Shown: positions 52,867-63,455 of the stretch, piece by piece
Layout: every line of letters starts with the position of its first letter
How positions within the stretch are numbered: position 1 is the first letter of the stretch
NCBI GenBank assembly: GCA_963710375.1
Contig: CAVPZX010000002.1
Span: 864,001 to 928,000 of the forward strand
Length of the DNA: 64,000 nucleotides
Direction: 5' to 3'
DNA from: Nitrospirota bacterium
Lineage (GTDB): Bacteria; Nitrospirota; Thermodesulfovibrionia; Thermodesulfovibrionales; Dissulfurispiraceae
Program-made: the position numbers and the translations under genes
The notes under the pieces: generated by a model
What the model was told of the DNA's origin: nothing
The model's input: the letters and a program-made list of their open reading frames with translations, nothing else
The model's database searches: none

Positions 52867-53038
52867 CTCCTCAAGAAATATCTATATAATTGTCGTATTA
52901 TAGCACCGCCTTTAAACCATTCCTATGCCAAGATTTCTTGCCACGCTGTCTGAACTGCGGGGGCGCAAAATTATACTTGACATGTACGTTAAGGTTAGTT
53001 ATAATTTTACGTGAGGTCGATTTTTCTCTGATAAGGAG

Positions 53039-54880
53039 ATGCACATGCTGGATATTCCTTATTCATCAGTTCCCGATATGCTGAAAAAAAATGCCGACAA
53101 ATTTCAGAAGAGACCGGCACTGAAATATAGACATGATGGAAAATTCATCACGTTAACTTACGAGGCATTCTATGAACGCGCCCTGATGGGGGCCCGCGGC
53201 CTGAAACGATTCGGGGTCAAACCTGGGGAAACGGTCGCGATCCTTTCTGAAAATCGCGCGGAGTGGGTCATGGCAGACATGGGAATTTTGAGCACTGGCG
53301 CTGTTACCGTGCCTATCTATCCATCCAATACTCCCGAACAGGTCCAGTATGTGCTTAACCATTCTGAAGCCAGGATTATTTTTGTCTCGAGCAAGATCCA
53401 GTATTCAAAACTTCTCGCTATCAGGGAAAGCATTCCTAACCTCGAACTAGCGGTATCTTTCGATGAACTCCCGGGTGAACCGGAGCTGCCCCTCTATACT
53501 TTTAATCAGCTTTCCGAGGCAGATCGACCCCTCACAGAGTCTGAAAAAGAAGAGCTTGGGGCAGGCATAGACTCCATCAAACCCGATTATACTTTGACAC
53601 TAATATATACTTCCGGCACGACAGGCGTGCCGAAGGGAGTGATTCTTACACACTCCAACATCCTTTTTGACGCTCTTTATACCTGCAAGAAAACCGGGGT
53701 ACTGAGCAAAAATGATTCGAACATCAGTTTCCTGCCGTTGAGTCATGTGCTGGAGAGGACAGTGGGCTATTACATGCCGGTGATGAACGGCGCGCTCATG
53801 GCATTTGCGGACAGCATGGACAAGGTGCCGGAAAATATGCTGGAACTGAAACCGACGTGTGCTGTAAGTGTGCCAAGGCTGTTTGAGAAGATATACTCGA
53901 AGATTTATGAAAATGTGCGCCAGATGCCGCCGGTGAAAAAAAAGCTCTTCCACTGGGCTGTAGGGGTGGGGAGGGAGTACGTTGAAGCCAAGTACATCAC
54001 AAAACAGACATCTCGGTCCCTGTCATTCAAACACCATCTGGCAGACCGGCTAGTATTAAAAAAGGTGCGGGACAGGTTCGGCGGGAATATGAAACTCTTC
54101 TGCTGCGGCGGTGCGCCGCTCGACAAGATCATCAATGAATTCTTCTGGAGCATCGGTCTTCCCATCCTGGAAGGATACGGTCTCACAGAGACGAGCCCTG
54201 TCCTCTGCTTCAACAATTTCGAGCAGCTCAGGTTCGGATCGGTAGGAACTACCCTGGAGCATACCGAGGTTAAGGTGGAAGCTGACGGCGAACTGCTGTT
54301 TCGGGGACCCCAGGTGATGAAAGGCTATTACAAAAATGATGCTGCGACCACCGAGGCGTTGCGGGACGGCTGGTTCCACACCGGCGATATCGGCCGCGTC
54401 GAAGACGGTTTCATTTTTATCACCGACCGTAAAAAAGAGCTTATCATAACTGCCGGCGGCAAGAATATAGCGCCTCAGCCGATCGAGAACAAGCTAATTA
54501 TGGATAAGTACATAGCCAACGCATTAGTCTTCGGCGACCGGAAACCGTATCTATGCGCATTGCTTGTCCCTGAGCTGGAAAGGCTCTTCGAATATGCCAG
54601 GGAACAGAATATCCAATATGTCGGAGCAGAAGATCTGATCGTCAACGAACTGGTCCTGCAGCTATATGAAGAGAGGATCGCTGAGATCAACAGCAAACTC
54701 CCCAGATACGAGACTATCAAGAAATTCACGCTCCTGCCGCGCGATTTCTCTGTCGAGGGAGGTGAGTTGACCGCTACCATGAAGCTCCGGAGGAAAATCA
54801 TACGCCAGAAATACAGAGAAACGATCGAGAAAATGTATGCCGGGAATGTCACTAGTCATTTAACCACAAACAGCAAATAA
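53039..54880 (+). CDS. Long-chain acyl-CoA synthetase, copy 1
   Basis: YTSGTTGVPKG, EGYGLTE, WFHTGDIG, DRKK. Confidence 0.95.
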   Translation: MHMLDIPYSSVPDMLKKNADKFQKRPALKYRHDGKFITLTYEAFYERALMGARGLKRFGVKPGETVAILSENRAEWVMADMGILSTGAVTVPIYPSNTPEQVQYVLNHSEARIIFVSSKIQYSKLLAIRESIPNLELAVSFDELPGEPELPLYTFNQLSEADRPLTESEKEELGAGIDSIKPDYTLTLIYTSGTTGVPKGVILTHSNILFDALYTCKKTGVLSKNDSNISFLPLSHVLERTVGYYMPVMNGALMAFADSMDKVPENMLELKPTCAVSVPRLFEKIYSKIYENVRQMPPVKKKLFHWAVGVGREYVEAKYITKQTSRSLSFKHHLADRLVLKKVRDRFGGNMKLFCCGGAPLDKIINEFFWSIGLPILEGYGLTETSPVLCFNNFEQLRFGSVGTTLEHTEVKVEADGELLFRGPQVMKGYYKNDAATTEALRDGWFHTGDIGRVEDGFIFITDRKKELIITAGGKNIAPQPIENKLIMDKYIANALVFGDRKPYLCALLVPELERLFEYAREQNIQYVGAEDLIVNELVLQLYEERIAEINSKLPRYETIKKFTLLPRDFSVEGGELTATMKLRRKIIRQKYRETIEKMYAGNVTSHLTTNSK

Positions 54881-54894
54881 AGGAGGATATTCTC

Positions 54895-56004
54895 ATGGGA
54901 CATTTGACTAATTCCAAGGACGAAGTTTACCGCTTATTGGCCCAACGACTGAATAAGAATCCGATAGGAGCGCCCATAAACGAGACCTTAATGACCATTC
55001 TTCATAACCTCTATACGGAGAGCGAGGCTATACTGGGCAGTAAATTTCCTTTGCTTCCCATGCCGCTGGAACAAATTTCCGATATTACCGGGATCGAACC
55101 GGAACCCTTGAAGATCATGTTAAACAACATGGCCGACAAGGGACTGGTATTGGATATTCCCCGCAAGGACATAATGTATTACATGATGACGCCGATGGTG
55201 GTCGGCTTTTTCGAATATACCTTTATGCGGGTGAGAGATAATATAAATATGAAGGATATGGCAGAGCTTTTTGAAAAATATTTTCACTCAGCCGGCGTCA
55301 GAGATGAATTATGCGGGATTGACACCAAGCCGATGCGGACCCTGGTATATGAAAGCCTTATACCTGTTGCTGTGGAAACCGAGGTTTTGACTTACGAGAA
55401 GGCGAGCGAGATTATCAGGCAATCAGGTGGAGGTGCTCTCGGCCTATGTGCATGCCGCCATAAGGCACACCATTTGGGAAAGTCCTGCGAAGCTCCTCTT
55501 GAAGTTTGTACTTCCCTCGGCACCGCGGCAGAATGGGCCTCACGAAGAGGTCTGGCGAAACCGGCCACAGTGGATGAATTGCTGCGCGTGCTGGATCAAA
55601 CTGAAAAATTAGGGTTGGTCCATACTTGCGATAATGTCTTGAATAAGCCTGCTTATATATGCCATTGTTGCGGCTGCTGTTGCGTCATTATGACGGGTAT
55701 CAAAGAATCCGGGAAATATTTCGTACATCCGAGCAACTTTATTCCCGAAGTAGCAGCTGAAACTTGCGAAGGATGCGGTACCTGCGCTGACAGTTGCCAT
55801 ATAGGGGGGATAAGCATGCAAGACCATGGAAATGGAGAGCAAGTCGCTGTTGTGGCTAAAGACGTCTGCATAGGATGCGGTGTGTGTGCATCATCATGTC
55901 CAACTGGTTCATTGACAATGTCACGCCGTCATGAACTTTACGTTCCACCGGCTAATTCAAAGGAAAAACTTTTAAGAATTGCCGGAGAAAAGGGAAGAAT
56001 CTAA
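54895..56004 (+). CDS. 4Fe-4S dicluster / Cys-rich protein
   Basis: CACR, ICHCCGCCC, two CxxCxxCxxxC motifs. Confidence 0.88.
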   Translation: MGHLTNSKDEVYRLLAQRLNKNPIGAPINETLMTILHNLYTESEAILGSKFPLLPMPLEQISDITGIEPEPLKIMLNNMADKGLVLDIPRKDIMYYMMTPMVVGFFEYTFMRVRDNINMKDMAELFEKYFHSAGVRDELCGIDTKPMRTLVYESLIPVAVETEVLTYEKASEIIRQSGGGALGLCACRHKAHHLGKSCEAPLEVCTSLGTAAEWASRRGLAKPATVDELLRVLDQTEKLGLVHTCDNVLNKPAYICHCCGCCCVIMTGIKESGKYFVHPSNFIPEVAAETCEGCGTCADSCHIGGISMQDHGNGEQVAVVAKDVCIGCGVCASSCPTGSLTMSRRHELYVPPANSKEKLLRIAGEKGRI

Positions 56005-56041
56005 ATATTTAGTTGAATTAAGTTGAAATAAAGTTAAGGAG

Positions 56042-57847
56042 ATGCACATGCTGGATATTCCTTATTCATCAGTTCCCGATATGCTGAAAAAAAATGCCGA
56101 CAAATTTCAGAAAAGGCCGGCACTGAAATACAGACATGAGGGAAAATTCATCACGTTAACTCACGAGGCATTCTATGAACGCGCCCTGATGGTGGCCCGC
56201 GGCTTGAAAAAATTCGGGGTCAAACCTGGGGAAACGGTCGCGATCCTTTCTGAAAATCGCGCGGAGTGGGTCATGGCAGACATGGGAATTTTGAGCACTG
56301 GCGCTGTTACCGTGCCTATCTATCCATCCAATACTCCCGAACAGGTCCAGTATGTGCTTAACCATTCTGAAGCCAGGATTATTTTTGTCTCGAGCAAGGT
56401 CCAGTATTCAAAACTTCTCGCTATCAGGGAAAGCATTCCTAACCTCGAACTAGCGGTATCTTTCGATGAACTCCCGGGTGAACCGGAGCTGCCCCTCTAT
56501 ACTTTTAATCAGCTTTCCGAGGCAGATCGACCCCTCACAGAGTCTGAAAAAGAAGAGCTTGGGGCAGGCATAGACTCCATCACACCCGATGATACTTTGA
56601 CGCTAATATATACTTCCGGCACGACAGGCGTGCCGAAGGGAGTGATTCTTACACACTTCAACATCCTTTTTGACGCTTTTTATACCAGCAAGAAAACCGC
56701 GGTATTGAGCGAAAATGATATCAGCCTCAGTTTCCTGCCGTTGAGTCATGTATTTGAGAGGACATTGGGTTATTACATGATTATAATGAACGGCTCGCTC
56801 ATGGCATTTGCGGACAGCATGGATAAGGTGGCGGAAAATATGCTCGAGCTGAAACCGACGAATGCGGCAAGTGTGCCGAGGCTGTTTGAAAAGATATACT
56901 CGAAGATTTATGAAAATGTGCGCCAGATGCCGCCGGTGAAAAAAAAGCTCTTCCACTGGGCTGTAGGGGTGGGGAGGGAGTACGTTGAAGCCAAGTACAT
57001 CACAAAACAGACATCTCGGTCCCTGTCATTCAAACACCATCTGGCAGACCGGCTAGTATTAAAAAAGGTGCGGGACAGGTTCGGCGGGAATATGAAACTC
57101 TTCTGCTGCGGCGGTGCGCCGCTCGACAAGATCATCAATGAATTCTTCTGGAGCATCGGTCTTCCCATCCTGGAAGGATACGGTCTCACAGAGACGAGCC
57201 CTGTCCTCTGCTTCAACAATTTCGAGCAGCTCAGGTTCGGATCGGTAGGAACTACCCTGGAGCATACCGAGGTTAAGGTGGAAGCTGACGGCGAACTGCT
57301 GTTTCGGGGACCCCAGGTGATGAAAGGCTATTACAAAAACGATGCTGCGACCACCGAGGCGTTGCGGGACGGCTGGTTCCACACCGGCGATATCGGCCGC
57401 GTCGAAGACGGTTTCATTTTTATCACCGACCGTAAAAAAGAGCTTATCATAACTGCCGGCGGCAAGAATATAGCGCCTCAGCCGATCGAGAACAAGCTAA
57501 TTATGGATAAGTACATAGCCAACGCATTAGTCTTCGGCGACCGGAAACCGTATCTATGCGCATTGCTTGTCCCTGAGCTGGAAAGGCTCTTCGGATATGC
57601 CAGGGAACAGAATATCCAATATGTCGGAGCAGAAGATCTGATCGTCAACGAACTGGTCCTGCAGCTATATGAAGAGAGGATCGCTGAGATCAACAGCAAA
57701 CTCCCCAGATACGAGACTATCAAGAAATTCACGCTCCTGCCGCGCGATTTCTCTGTCGAAGGGGGTGAGCTGACAGTTACCCTGAAGCTCCGGAGAAAAG
57801 TCATACGCCAGAAATACAGAGAAACGATCGAGAAAATGTATGCCTGA
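56042..57847 (+). CDS. Long-chain acyl-CoA synthetase, copy 2
   Basis: Same motifs; near-identical to 53039..54880. Confidence 0.95.
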   Translation: MHMLDIPYSSVPDMLKKNADKFQKRPALKYRHEGKFITLTHEAFYERALMVARGLKKFGVKPGETVAILSENRAEWVMADMGILSTGAVTVPIYPSNTPEQVQYVLNHSEARIIFVSSKVQYSKLLAIRESIPNLELAVSFDELPGEPELPLYTFNQLSEADRPLTESEKEELGAGIDSITPDDTLTLIYTSGTTGVPKGVILTHFNILFDAFYTSKKTAVLSENDISLSFLPLSHVFERTLGYYMIIMNGSLMAFADSMDKVAENMLELKPTNAASVPRLFEKIYSKIYENVRQMPPVKKKLFHWAVGVGREYVEAKYITKQTSRSLSFKHHLADRLVLKKVRDRFGGNMKLFCCGGAPLDKIINEFFWSIGLPILEGYGLTETSPVLCFNNFEQLRFGSVGTTLEHTEVKVEADGELLFRGPQVMKGYYKNDAATTEALRDGWFHTGDIGRVEDGFIFITDRKKELIITAGGKNIAPQPIENKLIMDKYIANALVFGDRKPYLCALLVPELERLFGYAREQNIQYVGAEDLIVNELVLQLYEERIAEINSKLPRYETIKKFTLLPRDFSVEGGELTVTLKLRRKVIRQKYRETIEKMYA

Positions 57848-57892
57848 AATAGCAACTAATCATATAAACAACAAATAAATACGGAGGATACT

Positions 57893-60280
57893 ATGAAACA
57901 GATCAACAAAGCGGCAGTCCTTGGAGCAGGGGTAATGGGGGCCACTATTGCAGCCCATCTAGCCAATGCCGGCATTCCGGTGCTCCTGCTGGACATTGTG
58001 CCGGGAGAGCTTAATGATGCCGAAAAGAAAGCGGGTCTCAGCCTCAGTGATCCCATAGTCCGGAACAGGATCGCTGCATCCGGCCTGGAAGGATTGAAAA
58101 AGATGAAGCCGGCGGCATTCTTCGTCCCCGGTTATGCGGCGTATATCGAGATTGGGAATTTCGAGGACGATATTAAAAAACTCCGGGAGTGCGACTGGGT
58201 TATCGAGGTGGTTGTCGAGAATATGGCGATCAAGAAAAAACTCTTTACCGAGAAGGTTGTCCCAAACCTCAAGGAGGAGGCAATACTGACTACCAATACG
58301 AGCGGACTCTCTGTCAACGATATGGCCGAGGCCCTGCCCGATCATGTTCGCAAGAGATTCCTTGTCACTCACTTTTTCAACCCTCCGCGTTACATGCGAC
58401 TGCTGGAGATCGTACCTTGCCGGTATACTGATCCGGCTGTAACAGAGTTCATGGCTTCGGCTGCTGGCAAGCGCTTGGGCAAAGGTATTGTACATGCCAA
58501 GGATACGCCCAATTTCATCGCAAATCGAATCGGCGTCTATGCATCGTGCAACGCTACGCGCATCATGATGGATATGGATATGACTGTCGAAGAGGTGGAT
58601 GCAGTTGCCGGACCTGCCACCGGCAGACCCAAGAGCGCTTCCTTCAGAACGTCCGATCTTGTGGGACTGGATACAAGCCTGCGCATCGTAGAGAATACAT
58701 ACGCACTCCTTCCGAATGACGAGGATCGCGAGGTCTTCCATTCAGCTGAATTCATGAAGGATATGGTAAAAAAAGGTCTGCTCGGCAATAAGACCAAACA
58801 GGGTTTTTATAAAAAAATCATCGGCGACAAAGGCCCGGAGTTTCTTTATTACGATTACAAAACGGGAGAATATGTTCCTTCTAAACGACCCAAGTTCTCC
58901 TCCGTTGAATCAGCCAAGTCTATCGATGATCCCGGCAAAAGGCTCCAGACTGTTCTTTCGGGCAGTGATAAAGGTGCTGAGTTTGCATGGCGGAGCATCC
59001 GCGACACGCTTCTGTATGCCTTCAAGCGGGTCCCTGAGATCGCGGACGATATTGTCAATGTTGATAACGCTATGAAATGGGGATACAACTGGGAACTCGG
59101 CCCCTTCGAGACGCTCGACGCTATCGGCGTCGCTAATTTTGTCAGTCGGGCGGAAAAAGACGGGGTTCAGGTGCCGGCCGGGCTGAAATCGATAGAGAGG
59201 TTCTATAAATTCGAGAATGGCAAGAATTATTTCTACAGCATTCCAGATAAGGCATATAAGGAAATTTCCCGCAGGCCCGATCACATCAGATTATCGCTAC
59301 TGAAAAAAACTGGAGGAGAGGTCGAGAAGAACAGCGGGGCCTCTGTCATAGATTTGGGGGATGGGGTCTTCTGCCTGGACTTCCATACTAAGATGAACGC
59401 TATCGGCGGCGAGACACTCTCGATGGTTCACAAGGCTATCAAGCGCGCTGAGGATGAAGGCATCGGGCTGGTAATTGCTAATGAAGGGACCATCTTCTCT
59501 GCAGGCGCCAACCTCATGCTCCTGGCTACAGCTATTGCCGAGGGAGACTACGATGATATCGCGCTGACTATCAAATCTTTCCACAAAGCGATGATGGCGA
59601 TCAAGTACTCTAGGATACCGGTGGTCGCAGCGCCTCACGGCATGGCGCTCGGGGGCGGCTGTGAAACCTGTCTTCACGCTGATGCGATAAATGCGCATGC
59701 AGAGACTTATATGGGACTCGTAGAGATAGGGGTCGGACTCCTTCCCGCGGGCGGTGGGACCAAGGAGATGGCGATCCGGGCCATCGAGCTGGCGGAAAAG
59801 TACGACACAGACCCGACACCGTTTATCAACAAGAACTTTATGAATATCGCGATGGCAAAGGTGAGCACGTCCGCTTCAGAGCTTTACCAGATGGGGTTGA
59901 TGCGCCGCGGCGATGCCGTTACCATGGACATCGAAAGGCGGATATACGATGCCAAGCAGAAGGCGATCGCCCTAGCCGCCAATTACCGCCCGGGCAGGCC
60001 TCTGACCGGCCTGAAAGCGCCTGGGAGGAGCATTGCAGCCAGCATCAAATCCCAGCTCTGGAATATGCGGGTGGGAGGGTTCATCAGCGAATATGATGAG
60101 TTCCTCGGATCTACCATTGCAGATGTCATTACCGGCGGCGATGTGCCGGCCGGGACGCTTATTACCGAGGAGTACCTGCTGGACCTGGAGCGGGAGGCCT
60201 TTGTCCGGCTTTGCGGTCAAAAGAAGACGCTCGAAAGAATCCAGCACATGCTAAAGAAAGGGAAAGCATTACGAAATTAG
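57893..60280 (+). CDS. 3-hydroxyacyl-CoA dehydrogenase / enoyl-CoA hydratase (FadN-type)
   Basis: GAGVMG, HFFNPPRY, FIANRIG, ALGGGCE, GLVEIGVGLLP. Confidence 0.95.
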   Translation: MKQINKAAVLGAGVMGATIAAHLANAGIPVLLLDIVPGELNDAEKKAGLSLSDPIVRNRIAASGLEGLKKMKPAAFFVPGYAAYIEIGNFEDDIKKLRECDWVIEVVVENMAIKKKLFTEKVVPNLKEEAILTTNTSGLSVNDMAEALPDHVRKRFLVTHFFNPPRYMRLLEIVPCRYTDPAVTEFMASAAGKRLGKGIVHAKDTPNFIANRIGVYASCNATRIMMDMDMTVEEVDAVAGPATGRPKSASFRTSDLVGLDTSLRIVENTYALLPNDEDREVFHSAEFMKDMVKKGLLGNKTKQGFYKKIIGDKGPEFLYYDYKTGEYVPSKRPKFSSVESAKSIDDPGKRLQTVLSGSDKGAEFAWRSIRDTLLYAFKRVPEIADDIVNVDNAMKWGYNWELGPFETLDAIGVANFVSRAEKDGVQVPAGLKSIERFYKFENGKNYFYSIPDKAYKEISRRPDHIRLSLLKKTGGEVEKNSGASVIDLGDGVFCLDFHTKMNAIGGETLSMVHKAIKRAEDEGIGLVIANEGTIFSAGANLMLLATAIAEGDYDDIALTIKSFHKAMMAIKYSRIPVVAAPHGMALGGGCETCLHADAINAHAETYMGLVEIGVGLLPAGGGTKEMAIRAIELAEKYDTDPTPFINKNFMNIAMAKVSTSASELYQMGLMRRGDAVTMDIERRIYDAKQKAIALAANYRPGRPLTGLKAPGRSIAASIKSQLWNMRVGGFISEYDEFLGSTIADVITGGDVPAGTLITEEYLLDLEREAFVRLCGQKKTLERIQHMLKKGKALRN

Positions 60281-60292
60281 TTTGACGATAGT

Positions 60293-60348
60293 GTACGCGC
60301 GGGTCTTGGCCCGCCCGTATTGAGGGCAACAACAGGCATTGCCCATAC
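60293..60348. repeat. Inverted pair of REP-like palindromes
   Basis: GTACGCGCGGG...CCCGCCCG, and on the minus strand GTATGGGCAA...TTGCCC. Confidence 0.35.
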
Positions 60349-60371
60349 AAACATCAACGGAGGATATAAAT

Positions 60372-61544
60372 ATGAAAGCCGCATATATTTTGGCCGCATA
60401 TCGCACAGCAGGATGCAAGGCAAAAAAGGGGAAGTTCAAGGATGTCAGGCCCGATGACCTGGCCGCAGCGGCCTTGAAAGGGCTCCTGGAGAGGACAGAT
60501 ATCGATCCCATGACAGTGGAGGACATCCTGATCGGGTGTTCGTTTCCTGAAGCTGAGCAGGGCATGAACATGGCCCGGGTCGCATCGATGCGGGCAGGCA
60601 TGCCATACCAGGTCCCGGCCCAGACTGTGAACCGGTTCTGCTCCTCGGGACTTCAGACAATCGCATCGGCTGCCGAGCGGATCATGGCCGGTTTTGCCGA
60701 TTGCATTATTGCCGGTGGCGCAGAGAGCATGAGTCTCGTGCCGATGGGAGGGAACAAGTTCAGCGCCAACCCGGAACTGGTCTCAACCTGGCCGGAGTCA
60801 TTCGCCTCAATGGGAGTTACCGCCGAATACGTTTCTGATAAATACGGCATCTCCAGGAAAGACCAGGATTCATTCGCGGTCGAGAGCCATCGCAAAGCAG
60901 CAGCAGCCATCACAGAGGGTAAATTCTCTAACGAGATCATACCCTTCGAGATCGAAAAATGCGCACTGATCAACGGCAAAATGAAAAGATCGAAAGAGAC
61001 AGTCACTATTGATGACGGCGTCAGGAAAGATACTACAATGGAGACTCTGTCTAAATTAAAGCCCGTCTTTCGGGCGAACGGCTCAGTGACTGCCGGCAAC
61101 TCGTCCCAGATGACGGACGGGGCAGCTGCAGTGCTCGTCGTTTCCGAAGAGTATCTCAAAAAGACCGGGAAATCCCCTATGGCCCGCTTCGTCTCTTTTG
61201 CAGTGAAAGGGGTCCCGCCTGAGATCATGGGCATCGGCCCTGTGGAAGCGATTCCTGCAGCCCTCAAGCTGGCAGGGCTTAAACAGGAAGATATCGGGCT
61301 GATCGAGCTCAACGAGGCTTTTGCCGCCCAGGCCCTTGCCTGCATAAGGACCCTCGGTCTCGATCCAAACCGGATAAACGTTAAGGGAGGTGCGATAGCC
61401 CTGGGGCATCCACTCGGCTGTACCGGCTCCAAACTGACCGCCTGTCTTCTCCACGAGATGCGGCGGACCGATACGCGCTACGGAATGGTCTCGATGTGCA
61501 TCGGCGGCGGCATGGGGGCTGCGGGAATTTACGAGAAAATGTAG
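60372..61544 (+). CDS. Acetyl-CoA acyltransferase (thiolase)
   Basis: NRFCSSG, NEAFA, GHPLG, CIGGGMG. Confidence 0.95.
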   Translation: MKAAYILAAYRTAGCKAKKGKFKDVRPDDLAAAALKGLLERTDIDPMTVEDILIGCSFPEAEQGMNMARVASMRAGMPYQVPAQTVNRFCSSGLQTIASAAERIMAGFADCIIAGGAESMSLVPMGGNKFSANPELVSTWPESFASMGVTAEYVSDKYGISRKDQDSFAVESHRKAAAAITEGKFSNEIIPFEIEKCALINGKMKRSKETVTIDDGVRKDTTMETLSKLKPVFRANGSVTAGNSSQMTDGAAAVLVVSEEYLKKTGKSPMARFVSFAVKGVPPEIMGIGPVEAIPAALKLAGLKQEDIGLIELNEAFAAQALACIRTLGLDPNRINVKGGAIALGHPLGCTGSKLTACLLHEMRRTDTRYGMVSMCIGGGMGAAGIYEKM

Positions 61545-61565
61545 GGACGCCCCTTGCGGGTGTCC
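61541..61565 (+). repeat. REP-like palindrome
   Basis: GTAG-GGAC-GCCC-CTTGC-GGGT-GTCC. Confidence 0.45.
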
Positions 61566-61655
61566 TGTCCCGGCTGGCGCAAACACGCCTGACGGGAATA
61601 ATAAATAAGAAGGCTAGGTGAGAAAATGACTACTAAAACTATCGAGGTGAACAAC

Positions 61656-63434
61656 ATGGCAGCGAAAATATTTAAAGGCGCGGAATACCTGATTACGGAA
61701 ATAACCAAGGATGATGTCTTCACGCCGGAGGACTTCACCGACGAGCAGAAACAGATCGGTGAGACAACAGAGCAGTTCCTGATTAACGAGGTGTTCCCGC
61801 ACAAAGATGAGATAGAGAACCATAACTTCGACATAGTTGTGGACCTTATGGCCAAATGCGGGGACCTGGGGCTTCTCATGATGGACGCTCCTGAGGAGTA
61901 CGGAGGGCTCGGGCTGGACAAGGCGACGACTATACTGGTAGCGGACAAGTTCGGCGTCGGCGGTTCCTTTTCTGTAACCTACTCGGCCCATACAGGCATC
62001 GGTACGCTGCCTCTGGTCTATTACGGCACTGATGAGCAGAAAAAGAAATACCTGAATAAAATAATCAGCGGTGAATGGATCGCCGCCTACTGCCTCACCG
62101 AGCCTGACTCCGGGAGTGATGCGCTGGGGGCAAAGGCGACAGCTACCCTCTCAGCCGACGGCAAGTACTATATCCTGAACGGGACAAAGCAGTTCATCAC
62201 AAACGGCAGCATTGCTAATCTTTATACAATCTTCGCAAAGATCGACAAAAAACACTTCACAGCTTTCCTCGTAGAAAGGACCACGGAAGGCCTGAGCATC
62301 GGGGCAGAAGAGAAGAAGCTCGGTATCAGGGGTTCGTCCACTACTCAGATTATTCTCGATAACGCCAAAGTGCCGGTCGAAAACCTGCTGGGCGAGATCG
62401 GCAAGGGACACAAAATAGCCTTCAACGTGCTTAACGTCGGCCGCTTCAAGCTCGGCGCATCTGCGACAGGGGGCGCAAGGGCCGCCCTCGGCGAGGGGAT
62501 CAGGTATGCCAATACCAGAAAGCAGTTTGGCGTCTCCATCGCGACCTTTGGCGCAATCAAGGAGAAGATCGCTGATATGACTGCCGATGTCTTTGCTTCG
62601 GAGTCTCTCATTTACCGCCTGGCCGGTCTTATCGACAACAAGCTCGCTACCATCTCCAAAGATACTCCCGGGTACTACGAAGTTTATCAGAATGGGATAG
62701 AGGAGTATGCCGTCGAGTGCGCCATAGCTAAGGTCTTCTGCAGCGAAGTACTGTCCTATGTTGTAGACGAGGTCGTACAGATTCACGGCGGCTATGGTTT
62801 TATTGAGGACTATCCTGCAGAGAGATTCTACCGTGACTCGAGGATCAACCGGATTTTTGAGGGGACAAATGAGATCAATCGTCTCCTGATCCCCGGCATT
62901 ATTCTCACGAGGGCTATGAAGGGTCAGATACCGCTCCAGAAAGAAGCGATGAAGGCGATCCAGTCGCTCATGTCCCCCTCATTAGAGGAGATCGATGATA
63001 CGGTGCCGTTCGCCGCTGAGAAGGCGCTCATTGTTAACTTGAAAAAAGCCTTCCTCGTGCTCGCGGGTTCAGCAGCCCAGAAATACATGGAACGGATCAA
63101 AGACGAGCAGGAGATCCTCATGGCAGCAGCGGACGTTGCAATCAATATATTTGCGATCGAGAGCGCTGTGCTCCGCGCAGAAAAAATCCTGCCCGCTCTT
63201 AGCGAGAACAAAAAGGAAAACGTCACAGCTGCAGTGAAAGTCTTTACATTCAATGCGGCTGAGAAAACCGCAACCGCTGCACGCAGAGCAGCCTACTTCA
63301 TCGAGGAAGGCGATAATCTGTCTATGCTGCTCTCCGGCATAAGGCGTTTCACTAAATATGACGCTGCCGGGCTCCTCCAGGCCAAGCGGCAACTCGCCAA
63401 CGCAGCAGCAGAGGCGGAGAAGTATATATTCTAA
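61656..63434 (+). CDS. Acyl-CoA dehydrogenase (long, FadE-type)
   Basis: YCLTEPDSGSD, KQFITN, QIHGGYG, RIFEGTNEI; RBS gaggtg before 61656. Confidence 0.95.
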   Translation: MAAKIFKGAEYLITEITKDDVFTPEDFTDEQKQIGETTEQFLINEVFPHKDEIENHNFDIVVDLMAKCGDLGLLMMDAPEEYGGLGLDKATTILVADKFGVGGSFSVTYSAHTGIGTLPLVYYGTDEQKKKYLNKIISGEWIAAYCLTEPDSGSDALGAKATATLSADGKYYILNGTKQFITNGSIANLYTIFAKIDKKHFTAFLVERTTEGLSIGAEEKKLGIRGSSTTQIILDNAKVPVENLLGEIGKGHKIAFNVLNVGRFKLGASATGGARAALGEGIRYANTRKQFGVSIATFGAIKEKIADMTADVFASESLIYRLAGLIDNKLATISKDTPGYYEVYQNGIEEYAVECAIAKVFCSEVLSYVVDEVVQIHGGYGFIEDYPAERFYRDSRINRIFEGTNEINRLLIPGIILTRAMKGQIPLQKEAMKAIQSLMSPSLEEIDDTVPFAAEKALIVNLKKAFLVLAGSAAQKYMERIKDEQEILMAAADVAINIFAIESAVLRAEKILPALSENKKENVTAAVKVFTFNAAEKTATAARRAAYFIEEGDNLSMLLSGIRRFTKYDAAGLLQAKRQLANAAAEAEKYIF

Positions 63435-63455
63435 TACATATGAGGGCTTTGCTAA

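Noticed and set aside
53537..53545. Other CAGACTC/GAGTCTG sites (also about 35383 and 45022) as hidden frameshifts
   Set aside because: The surrounding ORFs are intact in frame, so these are natural occurrences
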